DNA of 64,000 nucleotides from an uncultured Acidobacteriota bacterium (GTDB lineage: Bacteria > Acidobacteriota > Blastocatellia > RBC074): contig CAWCKY010000004.1 of NCBI GenBank assembly GCA_963796275.1, positions 576,001 to 640,000 of the forward strand, read 5' to 3'. Below the pieces are notes generated by a model. That model was given only the letters and a program-made list of their open reading frames with translations. It searched no databases and was not told the DNA's origin. Every line of letters starts with the position of its first letter. Position 1 is the first letter of the stretch. Positions 21,567 to 31,438 of this stretch are shown here, one piece after another. A program made the translations under genes and the position numbers.

Positions 21567-24500
21567 ATGAAAACCACACATATATGCCAAAGAATGAGAA
21601 GAAGTGTCGGATATGCAATGATGACGATGTTCGCTGCCCTTTACTTCTCTGCGGGGGTTTTCGCACAGCGTACAACTGGAAACATCGAAGGCACGGTGAG
21701 TGATGCGAACGGCGCGGTAGTTCCCGGTGTCAACATTACCGCGACCGGGGTTTCAGTGGGTTTCAGCCGAACAACGCAAAGCGATAGTCAGGGTGTTTTT
21801 CGCTTTCAACAAATTCCAGCGGGCACATACAAAATCACGACTGTGGCTACTGCTGGTTTTACGGCAGCGACGGTAGAAGATGTCACCGTAACAATTGAGA
21901 ACGTCACTGTCGTCAATATTAAGCTCGGAATCGCCTCAACAACCGAATCGGTGGTCGTGACGAGCGATGCGCTGGGCGTCAACCTTGAGACGACCGATAG
22001 TAAAGTGCAGACAAACATCACCTCGAAGTTGATCGATCAATTGCCGAAAGGTGTTAGCTTCGACTCTCTCCTGAAAATTTCACCGGCAACCAGATCTGAA
22101 CCCCTCGCGGGTGGTTTTCAGGTCGACGGGGCTTCGGGTTCAGAGAATACGTTTATAATTGATGGTATACCTCTTGAGAATTTCAGGACCGGCGAGCTCA
22201 ACCGGGTCAACAATTTCCCGACAGCGCTGATTTCAGAGATTCAGATAAAAACTGGCGGGTTCGAAGCCGAGCACGGCGGAGCATCGGGCGGTGTCATTGC
22301 TATTGCGACCAAATCGGGTGCGGACACTTTTCATGGTGAAATTGGCTCTCAGTTTGAACCCAGCGCCCTTCAACCCGGCCCTCGGGCCGCACCATCTCGC
22401 TTTGTTTCGGACAACTCCTCGCCCGAAGAGATCGCGGCCAATCCTGACTATGTCTATTTGCTGAGACAGAATCGGGATAGATTCTCTGAATTTCTTCCCG
22501 ACTGCAACTTTTTCGGGGCCATTGGTCAAAGGTCGAGCATGGTTCTTAGGAAGTTATTCTCCACAAATTAGTAGAAGGACGCGCGTCTCTAATTTCATTG
22601 CTCCAATCAGCAACGCGAATTTTTCTACCGGTAGTTTCGTTCCCCTGCCGCGACTCTCGTCGGGAAAACCACTTCCACCGCTCACGTACAAAGCGAATAC
22701 CAAAAACGAATATGCCTTTTCCCGAGTGGATGCTCAGATTCTCAATAACCTGAGAGGTTATGTAACCTATTTGTGGAACCCACAAATTAACGATGGAGTG
22801 ATTCCTTTCGCAAGCATAACGACCGACAATCCGGTCAATGTTGTATACGCTGGGAATTCCTATCCTTCCGATCAGTATAATGGCCTTAGAGGTGGGCGTG
22901 TGAATTCAAATAACTTCAATGGGCAGCTTGTGTATACCATAAGCCCCAGAATGGTTGCGGCGTTCCGCTATGGCCGCGAATTTCTGAATGAGAAAGGAAA
23001 CAACTATTGGATTCCCAATGAAACTCGCTCCAGGTGCCTTGGAGCCCAAAGCGCTTATACAAGAATCACAACAGGTTGCCCAGGCGGCAGGGGCTATCAA
23101 AATGTCACCACTAACGACATTACTATAGGCGACGTATCGTTAAGGAATGATTACAACGCAGATGTTACTTTCTTACCTGGCCAGTTTGCCGGCAAACACG
23201 AGTTCAAGGGCGGTTATCAATATGGTCGAATCGTTAATGATGTACTTAACGGTAATACTGAGACAGGTACTGTGGAGATTTTTTATGGTTTGGATTATGC
23301 GCTAGCAAACACAGGCGTGAGCCTGCCTTGCGCACTTGGAACAGCAAGCTGTATTGGGGTCGGGAGGTATACCAGATTCGGTACGAAAGGGGTTGCTCGA
23401 AATAACTATCAGGGTATGTACATTCAGGACAAATGGCAGCCCACCGGACGGCTTAGTTTGAATCTGGGTGTTCGACTGGAGAAGGAAAATCTGCCTTCAT
23501 TTAATGCCGGCGATGTTTTGGCAGGGGCGCCAGTCGCCCCCATTAAAATTGGCTGGGGCAAGAAGATTGCCCCACGCTTGGGTGGCGCCTATGACCCGTT
23601 CGGGACCGGGAAAACGAAAATATTTGCCAGTTATGGCTGGTTTTATGATCGTCTGAGATTTGAATTACCGCGCGGATCATTCGGCGGTCAATTTTTTCGG
23701 GTTGATTATTTCCCGATCACTGCCGACCATCCGAATTACGACTACTATACGCCGGCCAGGGTTTTGGGGAACTTCACCGATCCGCGAGGCGGCGGCAATC
23801 CCTCCGCAGTTGGCGGGTTAAGCCAACTACAAAGAGACTTTCGCATTCCGTCAAACCTGACCGAATCTCAATTCAACGCGTTAGGGCTCCTCGTCACGGG
23901 TGTCGATCCCGACCTGAAACCCTTTCGTCAAAGCGAAGTCACGGTAGGTGTTGAAAGAGAACTGGCGAGTAGTTACGTTTTGTCGGTTCGCTTCAGCCGC
24001 AAGAATGTCGACCATGCCATCGAAGACCACGCCATTCTTGGAATAAACGAAGCAGAAAACTATCCTATCGGTAATCCTGGCGAAGGTCTGGATTTGAGGC
24101 TCGATCAGGCAACCGGATATGTCAAATCGGCAAAACCGCAGCGTTTGTATCGGGCGCTGGAGATCACCCTTAACAAACGACTATCAAATAACTACTTCTT
24201 CAATGCGAGCTATACCCTGAGCAGTTTGTACGGCAACTATTCAGGACTGGCAAGCTCTGATGAAGACGGGCGCAATTCCCCAGCAGTGAATCGCTTCTTT
24301 GACTACGCCATTAACGGGTTCACGGCAACCGGGGCACCTGATAATGGCAATTTGGCGACCGATCGCCGGCATGCCTTCAAGGCATTTGGTGGATACGTGT
24401 TCGATAAATGGAAAAATAAGGCGCATTCAACCGATCTATCTTTCTTCTATCTAGCGCTGCATGGAACTCCACAGACGACGACGATTAACGTTGTTGCTAC

Positions 24501-24924
24501 TGAAATTCCTTTATCAAAACGAGGCGACCTGGGAAGAACACCGATTCTCACCCAGACAGACCTTGCGTTGACGCATCGTTACAAATTCGGGAAAGATGAG
24601 CGTTATGGGCTGGCCTTCTCTTTCAATGTCTTGAACGTCTTCAACCAAAATACCGTGACGAGGCTGAATACTAGTAGATATCGGGTGACAGACACTATCG
24701 CGGCGGAGGATATCGATCCGAACTACGATGCCGAAACACAAACGTTGACAGCGGTTCTGAATCAAATTCTGAGCGGACAAATCGGACCGCAGCTCAATCA
24801 ACTCGAAAATGGCGGCCTTGCGAGTTTGGATGACAGACCAAATCCGTATAGCAGTCTATACGGCCAACCTAACACATATCAGGGCGCCCGTAGCGTCAGA
24901 TTCGGTTTACGATTCACTTTCTAG
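21567..24924 (+). CDS. TonB-dependent receptor, Oar type; split by one extra base near 22482-22488
   Basis: The N-part (GTVSDANGAVVPG, VDGASGSEN, FEAEHGGASGG) continues in the next frame as NFFPTATFSGPLVKGRAWF and ends RSVRFGLRFTF. Confidence 0.88.
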
Positions 24925-24961
24925 ATGAGTCAGTAAGCAAAGGGAAATGAAAAAGTAAAAT

Positions 24962-25002
24962 AGGCAAGGAGCGATAATTACGGGATTATCGCTCTTTTGC
25001 CT
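24962..25002. terminator. Hairpin between convergent receptor genes, likely bidirectional terminator
   Basis: AGGCAA-G-GAGCGATAAT-TACGGG-ATTATCGCTC-TT-TTGCCT. Confidence 0.6.
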
Positions 25003-25026
25003 TATCACGCCCAATGTGTAGCCCTT

Positions 25027-28000
25027 TTAGAAGGTGAGCGTGGCTCGCAGATTCATGCTGCGGTTACCGCCCGGAGCCCCTATTATGCCGAATGTGTCGC
25101 TGGAGACATTTAACGCCCCGGGGGGCGTGTCAATATTGCCGCCGAAGCCCCATCTCGGGTGATTCAAAACGTTGTTGAAGCCGGCAAATATCTGGAAGCG
25201 AACCTTTTCGGTAAACTGGAAGGTCTTCGTCATCGAAACATCCCATTGAAACCTATTCTTGTCGCGGAGATACAGAAACTGCCCGAATTCACCAGGGGTC
25301 TTGTTCGGGAGCAGGTACTGAGGATTAGCCATGCCAGTCGTCTGGTCGATCAGCCGCGGGTCGACAGCGAGCCGTTGCACATCCGTAATGTCCGATCTAT
25401 TTGAGCGGGTCAGCGGCGCGTCGAACATTTCTTGAATCTGCTCCAGGGTAACACCAGGAGCAAGCCTTACACCATTTGAAAAATTGTTGTTAGTATTGAC
25501 CGTCGGAAACCCTCCTGTCAGTTGGATAGGTTGCCCGGTATGAAATACAAAGATCGAGCCCAGGGTCCAGCCGCCGACCACGCCGTCGAGCAAGCGATTG
25601 TTGACCGATAGCCACCGTCCACGACCGACTGGCAGATCATAAGTCCCAGATGACTGGAAGACGTGCGTAATATCAAAAAAAGATACCCGGCGGTCTCGGT
25701 CAATATCACGCCAGGTTATGAAATCGCGGCTCTGGGTCTGATTGTTCGCATTGAGATTGGTCAAACTCTTGCTCCAGGTGTAATTGGTCGTCCAATTCAG
25801 CCCCTTTGAGAAACGCTGCCGGAACTGAATCTGTAGACCATTGTAACTATGCCAGCCGGTGTCATCCACGTAGTTTATGCGACCGGCAGAGAAGGGATTG
25901 AGCAGGAAGAAGTTGATTGGAGTAAGCCCTGGCGCGTTGTAATTCGGATTTATCCGGAGGCAAGGACTGAAGGCGTTGCCGAACATGCGGCAGACATAGT
26001 CCCGGTTAGTAGCGAGAGTGTTGGCCAGTGAACCGGCTGCGCCGTTATCCAGGTCCGTGATGAACGCGGGGTTGGCATACCCGGAATTGGCTACGATCGC
26101 CCCGACATTGCCTCGTGGTCCGAATGCCGCGTCGAAGATGGGAAGAGCAACCTGGCCTGGCAGCCCTGAATTACCGAAGGTGCAGGCTGGCTGGCCAGTT
26201 TGGCCGCAATTCGGATTAACATTTCTGTAAACACCTAAATTCCGTTGCGCGTTCTTGAATTCCTCTAGAAATCCGTTCTCGAATATGTTGACCTCATTCA
26301 AATTGCTTGTGCGCCAGGCGAGCTTCGATTGATTCCCCACATAGTTTATCTCCAGCGCACTGTCCTTCCATAACTCGCGCTGGATCCCGAAGGTCCAATT
26401 GACTGTATACGGGGCGCGTAGTGTGGGGTCGAATCCCCTGAGGTCCCGCGCGAATGTCTGATCCGCCTGATTGATGACCTGCCTATAGTCGGTAGCGGTA
26501 AATGCGAATGATGAGGCAGTCAGCGGATTGGCCACGATGTCCGAGAGCGTGTAGAACGCCGGCAGCGATGTCTGTCCCGTTTGTCCCGGTATGAGCGCAG
26601 TCGCATTGATCATCTTACCTGCATTGGGACCGAGGTTCGCCGCAAACATCTGCGTCCCTTCGTCGTAAACGATCACCGAATAGGAACTGCGAATTACGGT
26701 CTTCGAATCACCGAAAAGTTTGCCCAGAAACCCCTTTGTTATCGAGGGATTCCACGCGAAACCGAAGTTGGGGGCGAAATTGAGCCAGTCTGTCTTGTAT
26801 GGCACCCGGCCAACTTCCACCGTAGGGTTATTGTTACCGCTGAGTTCGCCTGGAGCAAACAGCTTTTTCGAAGGACCGAAAAGGCTTGCCATATCCGGAG
26901 CCGCAGTAATTCCCTTAACATCGTTCATTGGGCCTTGAACCTCCCAGCGTAATCCGTAATTCAATGTCAGGCTCGGTCTGATACGCCAGCGATCCTGTAC
27001 GTAGGCGCCGCCCATAAGCGAGCTCGTCCAGGTGAAGTTTTGGAGGCCGTCGTATTTGAGAGTGTCAGGATTGACGACTCGTTGGAAGTTTGCGGCTGAG
27101 ACTCTGCCGGTCAACAGGTTGTAAAGTGCCACAGGATTACCCAGGTCGTTGCTGTTGATACCGGGTAAAGTAGCTGGAGTGAACGCACTGCTCACTCCCA
27201 ATGGGTCTCCCGCCGGCGTACCGGTAGTATAAGTGGGAACCTGATAAATTATTCCGACATCCTTCCAATCTGACTTGCGGTAGCTGCCGCCGATCGTGAT
27301 GGTATGCTGCCCGCTGGTCAGCGTCATCGTATCGTAGATCGTGGTGATGTAATGGCGTCCGGCAACGTTTTGCTGGTCAATGAATGGAACAACCGGGCTC
27401 GTCGGACTCCCCTGGCCAACGGCATTTGCGAACTGCAAATTGCCGCCGATTCGTAATGGCACATTATTGTACTGATAATAAGGGCCATATTCGTCGCGCG
27501 TGTTGGTATCACCGCTGTGCTGTACGCCGTATCGAAATTCGTTGATGATTTTGGATGAAAGTGTAGATTGCAGCGCCCCGGAATATGCGAAGTAGCCGAT
27601 GCGGAACGGATTGGTCCTCTGGATGTCGGGTACCGGTATGCGCCTCTCGCCAGGTTGCCAACTATGCCTGTAGTTCCAGGTAAAGGTCAACTGTTGTTTC
27701 GGCGTGACGAAATAATCCAGCCGCGTTGCCGGGAAAAACTCTGTCTGGTTATTTTCGGCATTCCACGTATATGCGTTTCGGTTGGGATCGCCGTCCGCAA
27801 TCTGTGTGGCGAACTGTGGTATCTGATTGTTAATGCCGAGGATATCTTGCGCGATCGGATCGAGCCTCGTCGGCAGGCCCCTCCCAGCGGCAATATCCAG
27901 CACGTTGACGGTATTGAACTGACCGTTGTCGACTCTCCGATAGGTAAAGTCGCCTCTCTGAGCTTCCGACGTCAAAACCGAAACGGTACGGGGATTTGTA

Positions 28001-28971
28001 AGCGGGTGATAACTTCGCTCGAAATTGACAAAAAAGAATAACTTCTCCTTGAAGGAACCGAAGGGCAGAAGCGGACCGCCGATATTTCCCCCATAGTCAT
28101 GCCAGCGTTCATAGGAGCGATCCAGGCCCCGGGCATTTCTGTCCCATCCATTGGCATTGAATTGTTCACTGCGAGGCTCGTAGAAGACGCTGCCATGGTA
28201 CTCTCTGCCTCCGCGCTTGGTAACGAACTTGATATTCGCGCCGGATTGCGCGCCCGAGTCCGCTCCAAGGCCGCCGGTCTCCACTACCACCTCCTCGACC
28301 GCGCCCAAACGCACCGGAACGGTTGCGAAGAATACATTCCCGCCGCTCTTAAATCCGTTCGAGGCATTATTGATCCCGTCAATCGTCACGTTGACGGCGC
28401 CGCCAGCCAGGTTGTTGTACCGTGCGTCGCCGGTGATCGGAGGAGAAGCTCCAGGGGCGAGCCTTGCCAGATTGAGAAGATTGCCGCGGTTTGCCAGAGG
28501 CAATTCGGTAATCGTTTTTGGAAGAAGAGTGCTCGCCATCAACTGAGAAGAAGTCTCCAACGTTTGCGAAGGGCCTCCCTCAACTGTGACGACTTGTGTC
28601 GCCACCCCCACCTCCAGGCTGACCCGTATATCCGTAGTCTGGTTTGTCGATACAGAAATATTGGAAAGGACCGATGTTTGAAACCCCGGCGCCGTCACGG
28701 TTATCTCATACAAACCGGTGGCTAAATCCGAAAACAGGAAAGTACCACCCCCTGTCGAGGCAGTCTCCTTCTTGATGCCGGTCTTGGTGTCCTGCAAGAC
28801 AACGCTGGCATTCGGGATCACGGCGCCGGTCTGATCCTGAATCGTTCCGGAGATCGATCCGACAATCCGCAACTGCGCCTGGACCATTGGCTCGCTCGCT
28901 AAAAATAAAACCACCACCACTAACATTTTTAACAACACTTCACCCTGACTCTGCGCCATCTGTCCTCTCAT
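25027..28971 (-). CDS. TonB-dependent receptor, Oar type
   Basis: GTIQDQTGAVIPNA, YVQDRWR, LNYGLRWE, APNFGFAWNP, terminal RSMNLRATLTF. ATG 28971 lies 8 nt after AGGAGG. Confidence 0.9.
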   Translation of the reverse strand: MRGQMAQSQGEVLLKMLVVVVLFLASEPMVQAQLRIVGSISGTIQDQTGAVIPNASVVLQDTKTGIKKETASTGGGTFLFSDLATGLYEITVTAPGFQTSVLSNISVSTNQTTDIRVSLEVGVATQVVTVEGGPSQTLETSSQLMASTLLPKTITELPLANRGNLLNLARLAPGASPPITGDARYNNLAGGAVNVTIDGINNASNGFKSGGNVFFATVPVRLGAVEEVVVETGGLGADSGAQSGANIKFVTKRGGREYHGSVFYEPRSEQFNANGWDRNARGLDRSYERWHDYGGNIGGPLLPFGSFKEKLFFFVNFERSYHPLTNPRTVSVLTSEAQRGDFTYRRVDNGQFNTVNVLDIAAGRGLPTRLDPIAQDILGINNQIPQFATQIADGDPNRNAYTWNAENNQTEFFPATRLDYFVTPKQQLTFTWNYRHSWQPGERRIPVPDIQRTNPFRIGYFAYSGALQSTLSSKIINEFRYGVQHSGDTNTRDEYGPYYQYNNVPLRIGGNLQFANAVGQGSPTSPVVPFIDQQNVAGRHYITTIYDTMTLTSGQHTITIGGSYRKSDWKDVGIIYQVPTYTTGTPAGDPLGVSSAFTPATLPGINSNDLGNPVALYNLLTGRVSAANFQRVVNPDTLKYDGLQNFTWTSSLMGGAYVQDRWRIRPSLTLNYGLRWEVQGPMNDVKGITAAPDMASLFGPSKKLFAPGELSGNNNPTVEVGRVPYKTDWLNFAPNFGFAWNPSITKGFLGKLFGDSKTVIRSSYSVIVYDEGTQMFAANLGPNAGKMINATALIPGQTGQTSLPAFYTLSDIVANPLTASSFAFTATDYRQVINQADQTFARDLRGFDPTLRAPYTVNWTFGIQRELWKDSALEINYVGNQSKLAWRTSNLNEVNIFENGFLEEFKNAQRNLGVYRNVNPNCGQTGQPACTFGNSGLPGQVALPIFDAAFGPRGNVGAIVANSGYANPAFITDLDNGAAGSLANTLATNRDYVCRMFGNAFSPCLRINPNYNAPGLTPINFFLLNPFSAGRINYVDDTGWHSYNGLQIQFRQRFSKGLNWTTNYTWSKSLTNLNANNQTQSRDFITWRDIDRDRRVSFFDITHVFQSSGTYDLPVGRGRWLSVNNRLLDGVVGGWTLGSIFVFHTGQPIQLTGGFPTVNTNNNFSNGVRLAPGVTLEQIQEMFDAPLTRSNRSDITDVQRLAVDPRLIDQTTGMANPQYLLPNKTPGEFGQFLYLRDKNRFQWDVSMTKTFQFTEKVRFQIFAGFNNVLNHPRWGFGGNIDTPPGALNVSSDTFGIIGAPGGNRSMNLRATLTF

Positions 28972-29137
28972 AACCAAGACCTCCTGTGCTCAATTTTGCC
29001 GATTTCAAACAAGGGTTTATCGCAAATACAGTAGAAATGAACTCAGCGTAAATAGATCACCGTTGGAGTAGGAATGTCTTGGATTGAGTTAGGATGGCAT
29101 GAATCCGGTTAGGAAATTCACAATAAAAATTGCATAG

Positions 29138-29239
29138 CAGTTTTCAGTTTTCAGTTGGAAATTATTATTGAAAACTGAAACCCGAAAACCTTAAACAAAA
29201 ACTGAAAACTAAAAACTGAAAACTGAAAACTGAAAACTG
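29138..29239. repeat. Heptamer-repeat hairpin element copy 4
   Basis: CAGTTTTCAGTTTTCAGTT ... AAAACTGAAAACTAAAAACTGAAAACTGAAAACTGAAAACTG directly after the DUF1501 stop. Confidence 0.8.
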
Positions 29240-29241
29240 TT

Positions 29242-30646
29242 TTACGCCAAAATCTCCTTGATCACGCGCCCATGGACATCGGTCAGCCGCATATCGCGGC
29301 CATTGAAGCGATATGTCAGCTTCTCGTGATCGAGCCCGAGCAGATGCAGGATGGTTGAGTGGAGTTCGTAGATGGATTTTCTGTTCTCGATGGCGCGGTA
29401 GCCGTACTGGTCGGTCGCTCCTACGATGGTTCCGCCTTTGACGCCGCCGCCGGCGAGCCAGGCGCTAAAGCCGTTCGCGTTGTGATCGCGTCCGTCCATC
29501 CGCTCCGAGATCGGCAGCCGTCCAAACTCGCCGTGCCAGATGATCAGCGTCGAATCGAACAACCCGCGGCTCTTGAGGTCTTTGATGAGGCCGGCGATCG
29601 GCTTGTCTGTTTCGGCGCAGTGCAGGCCGTGGTTCCCTTTGAGTATCCCAGTGCGCATCCCAGCTCGGCTCGAAATTGCCGCCGCCCGAAAATATCTGGA
29701 CGAAGCGCACGCCGCGCTCGACCAGCCTGCGCGCCATCAACGCCTGGCGCCCGAAATAATCCGTCGGCTTCTCGCCCACGCCGTAGAGTTTTTGCGTGGC
29801 CGGCGATTCCCTGCTGATATCTATCGCGTCGCCGGCATGAGTTTGCATGCGGAATGCCAGCTCGTAGGAATAGATACGGGCCGAGAGCTCGCTGTCATCC
29901 GGGTTGTGCGCCAGATGTTTTTCATTGAGCTCATTCATCAACCTGAGCCATTTTTTCTGTTGCTCCGGCGTGCGCCCTTCAGGCGGATGCAGATCGACGA
30001 TCGGGTCGCCGCTGTCGCGGAAAGGCGTGCCTTGATAGGCCGCAGGCATGTAGCCGTTTCCCCAATTGGGAGCGCCATTGATCGGCCCACCGCGGTAGTC
30101 GGTGAGGACGATGAAACCCGGCAGATTCTCGTTCTCGCTGCCCAACCCGTAAGTAACCCAACTCCCGACGCTGGGATGCCCGGCGAGGATGCTGCCCGTG
30201 CTCATCTGGAAAATCGCCGGTCCGTGTGCCGGACTGAGCGCATACATCGAACGGATCAACGCCAGATCATCCGCATGCTCCGCCACGTGGGGGAAGAGCT
30301 CCGATATCTCCATTCCACACTGTCCGTGCTTGCGGAATTGCCATGGTGAGGGCATCAAACCGCCCGGTGTGCCCATCGTCGGCCGCACCTCGCCCACTCC
30401 CGTCATCGTCTCGCCTTGCCGTTTCAATAGCTCGGGCTTCGGATCGAAGGTATCGACCTGGCTCACGCCCCCGTAGCAGAAGATAGAGATCACGGCTTTC
30501 GCTTTTGCGGGAAAGTGCGGCTTCCTGGGCGCAAGCGGCGACCTCGCATCGGCCAACAGCCCATTGCGATTGAGCAGATCGGCGAAGGCGACGCCGGCTA
30601 TACCGCCGCCAAGCCTGTGTAAAAGCTCTCTTCGTGAATAAATCAT
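29242..30646 (-). CDS. DUF1501 family protein; split by one extra base at about 29644
   Basis: [32 protein letters not shown]. Removing one base gives WDAHWD-LKGNHG...GEFGRLP, GRDHN. Confidence 0.88.
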
Positions 30647-30670
30647 AAAATTTTGAAGATCATGAGCGCC

Positions 30671-30703
30671 AATCAGTACCGCGAGCGGTAGCGAGCGAGA
30701 CTT
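30671..30703 (+). repeat. REP-like repeat, family 2 (left of the RAYT at 30755)
   Basis: AATCAGTACCGCGAGCGGTAGCGAGCGAGACTT with internal hairpin TACCGC-GA-GCGGTA; an inverted copy lies at 31327-31359. Confidence 0.8.
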
Positions 30704-30754
30704 CAGGATAGAGCCGTACTTACAACTGACTGCGACACTGGTTCAGTGAGATGC

Positions 30755-31294
30755 TCACTCATCATCCCATTCATCAAAGTTTGGTAATTCACCGCCCTGA
30801 CCGTGGATAACGTAATCAATAGCACGGGCAACACTCTTTTCGTTCCACAAATATCGAGTACTGCCATGTCGCGACCAGGGTTTGAGTCCACGTTGCCAGA
30901 CCGAGCAGTTAATCATCATCGTCGTGGCGTTCGCCTTAAACGCATTCATCACCAACTCAGGTTTACGATTTGCGGTGACAACTGAATGAACATGATTTGT
31001 CCTGACATTGATTGCCTTCAATACCCAACCACGAATATCGCAAGCCTCACGTATTGCTGTTTCAACCGCAGATCGACGTGCCACGGTCAATTCGACTGGA
31101 TCACGTTTCATGCGCAATCGCATTTCATGCTTTTTCTCTTCATCTGGTGGAAGCGTTGGGGTTCCATAAATATTATTATTACGGTCGACCGAGCCGCGAT
31201 CGTCTCCATGTAACCAGTATCCATAACAGCGAAAGGAAATGAAATAGGCAAGAGGCACGCCACTCAGATTGAATTCAGTATCCGAATCTGACAT
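30755..31294 (-). mobile_element. REP-associated tyrosine (HUH/Y1) transposase, family distinct from the 35.6 kb one
   Basis: AYFISFRCYGYWLHGD, HUH motif TNHVH, PWSRHGSTRYL, catalytic Tyr in AIDYV; flanked by inverted repeats. Confidence 0.85.
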
Positions 31295-31326
31295 TACTGT
31301 TATTGAAGCCTTTTTCGGAAGTTCGG

Positions 31327-31428
31327 AAGTCTCGCTAGCTACCGCTCGCGGTACTGATTACTATAGAGTCTCGCTCGCCACCGCAATAATAAGCGACGAT
31401 AATCAGTACCGCGATCGGTAGCTAGCGA
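31327..31428. repeat. Cluster of family-2 REP-like repeats right of the RAYT
   Basis: Inverted copy at 31327-31359 (1 mismatch in 33), partial copy at 31367-31385, direct variant at 31401-31428. Confidence 0.8.
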
Positions 31429-31438
31429 AAGCGAAAAT

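Noticed and set aside
21036-21577. Small ORFs in the region between the divergent receptor genes
   Set aside because: Non-ATG starts or no RBS and no recognisable features; probably promoter DNA.
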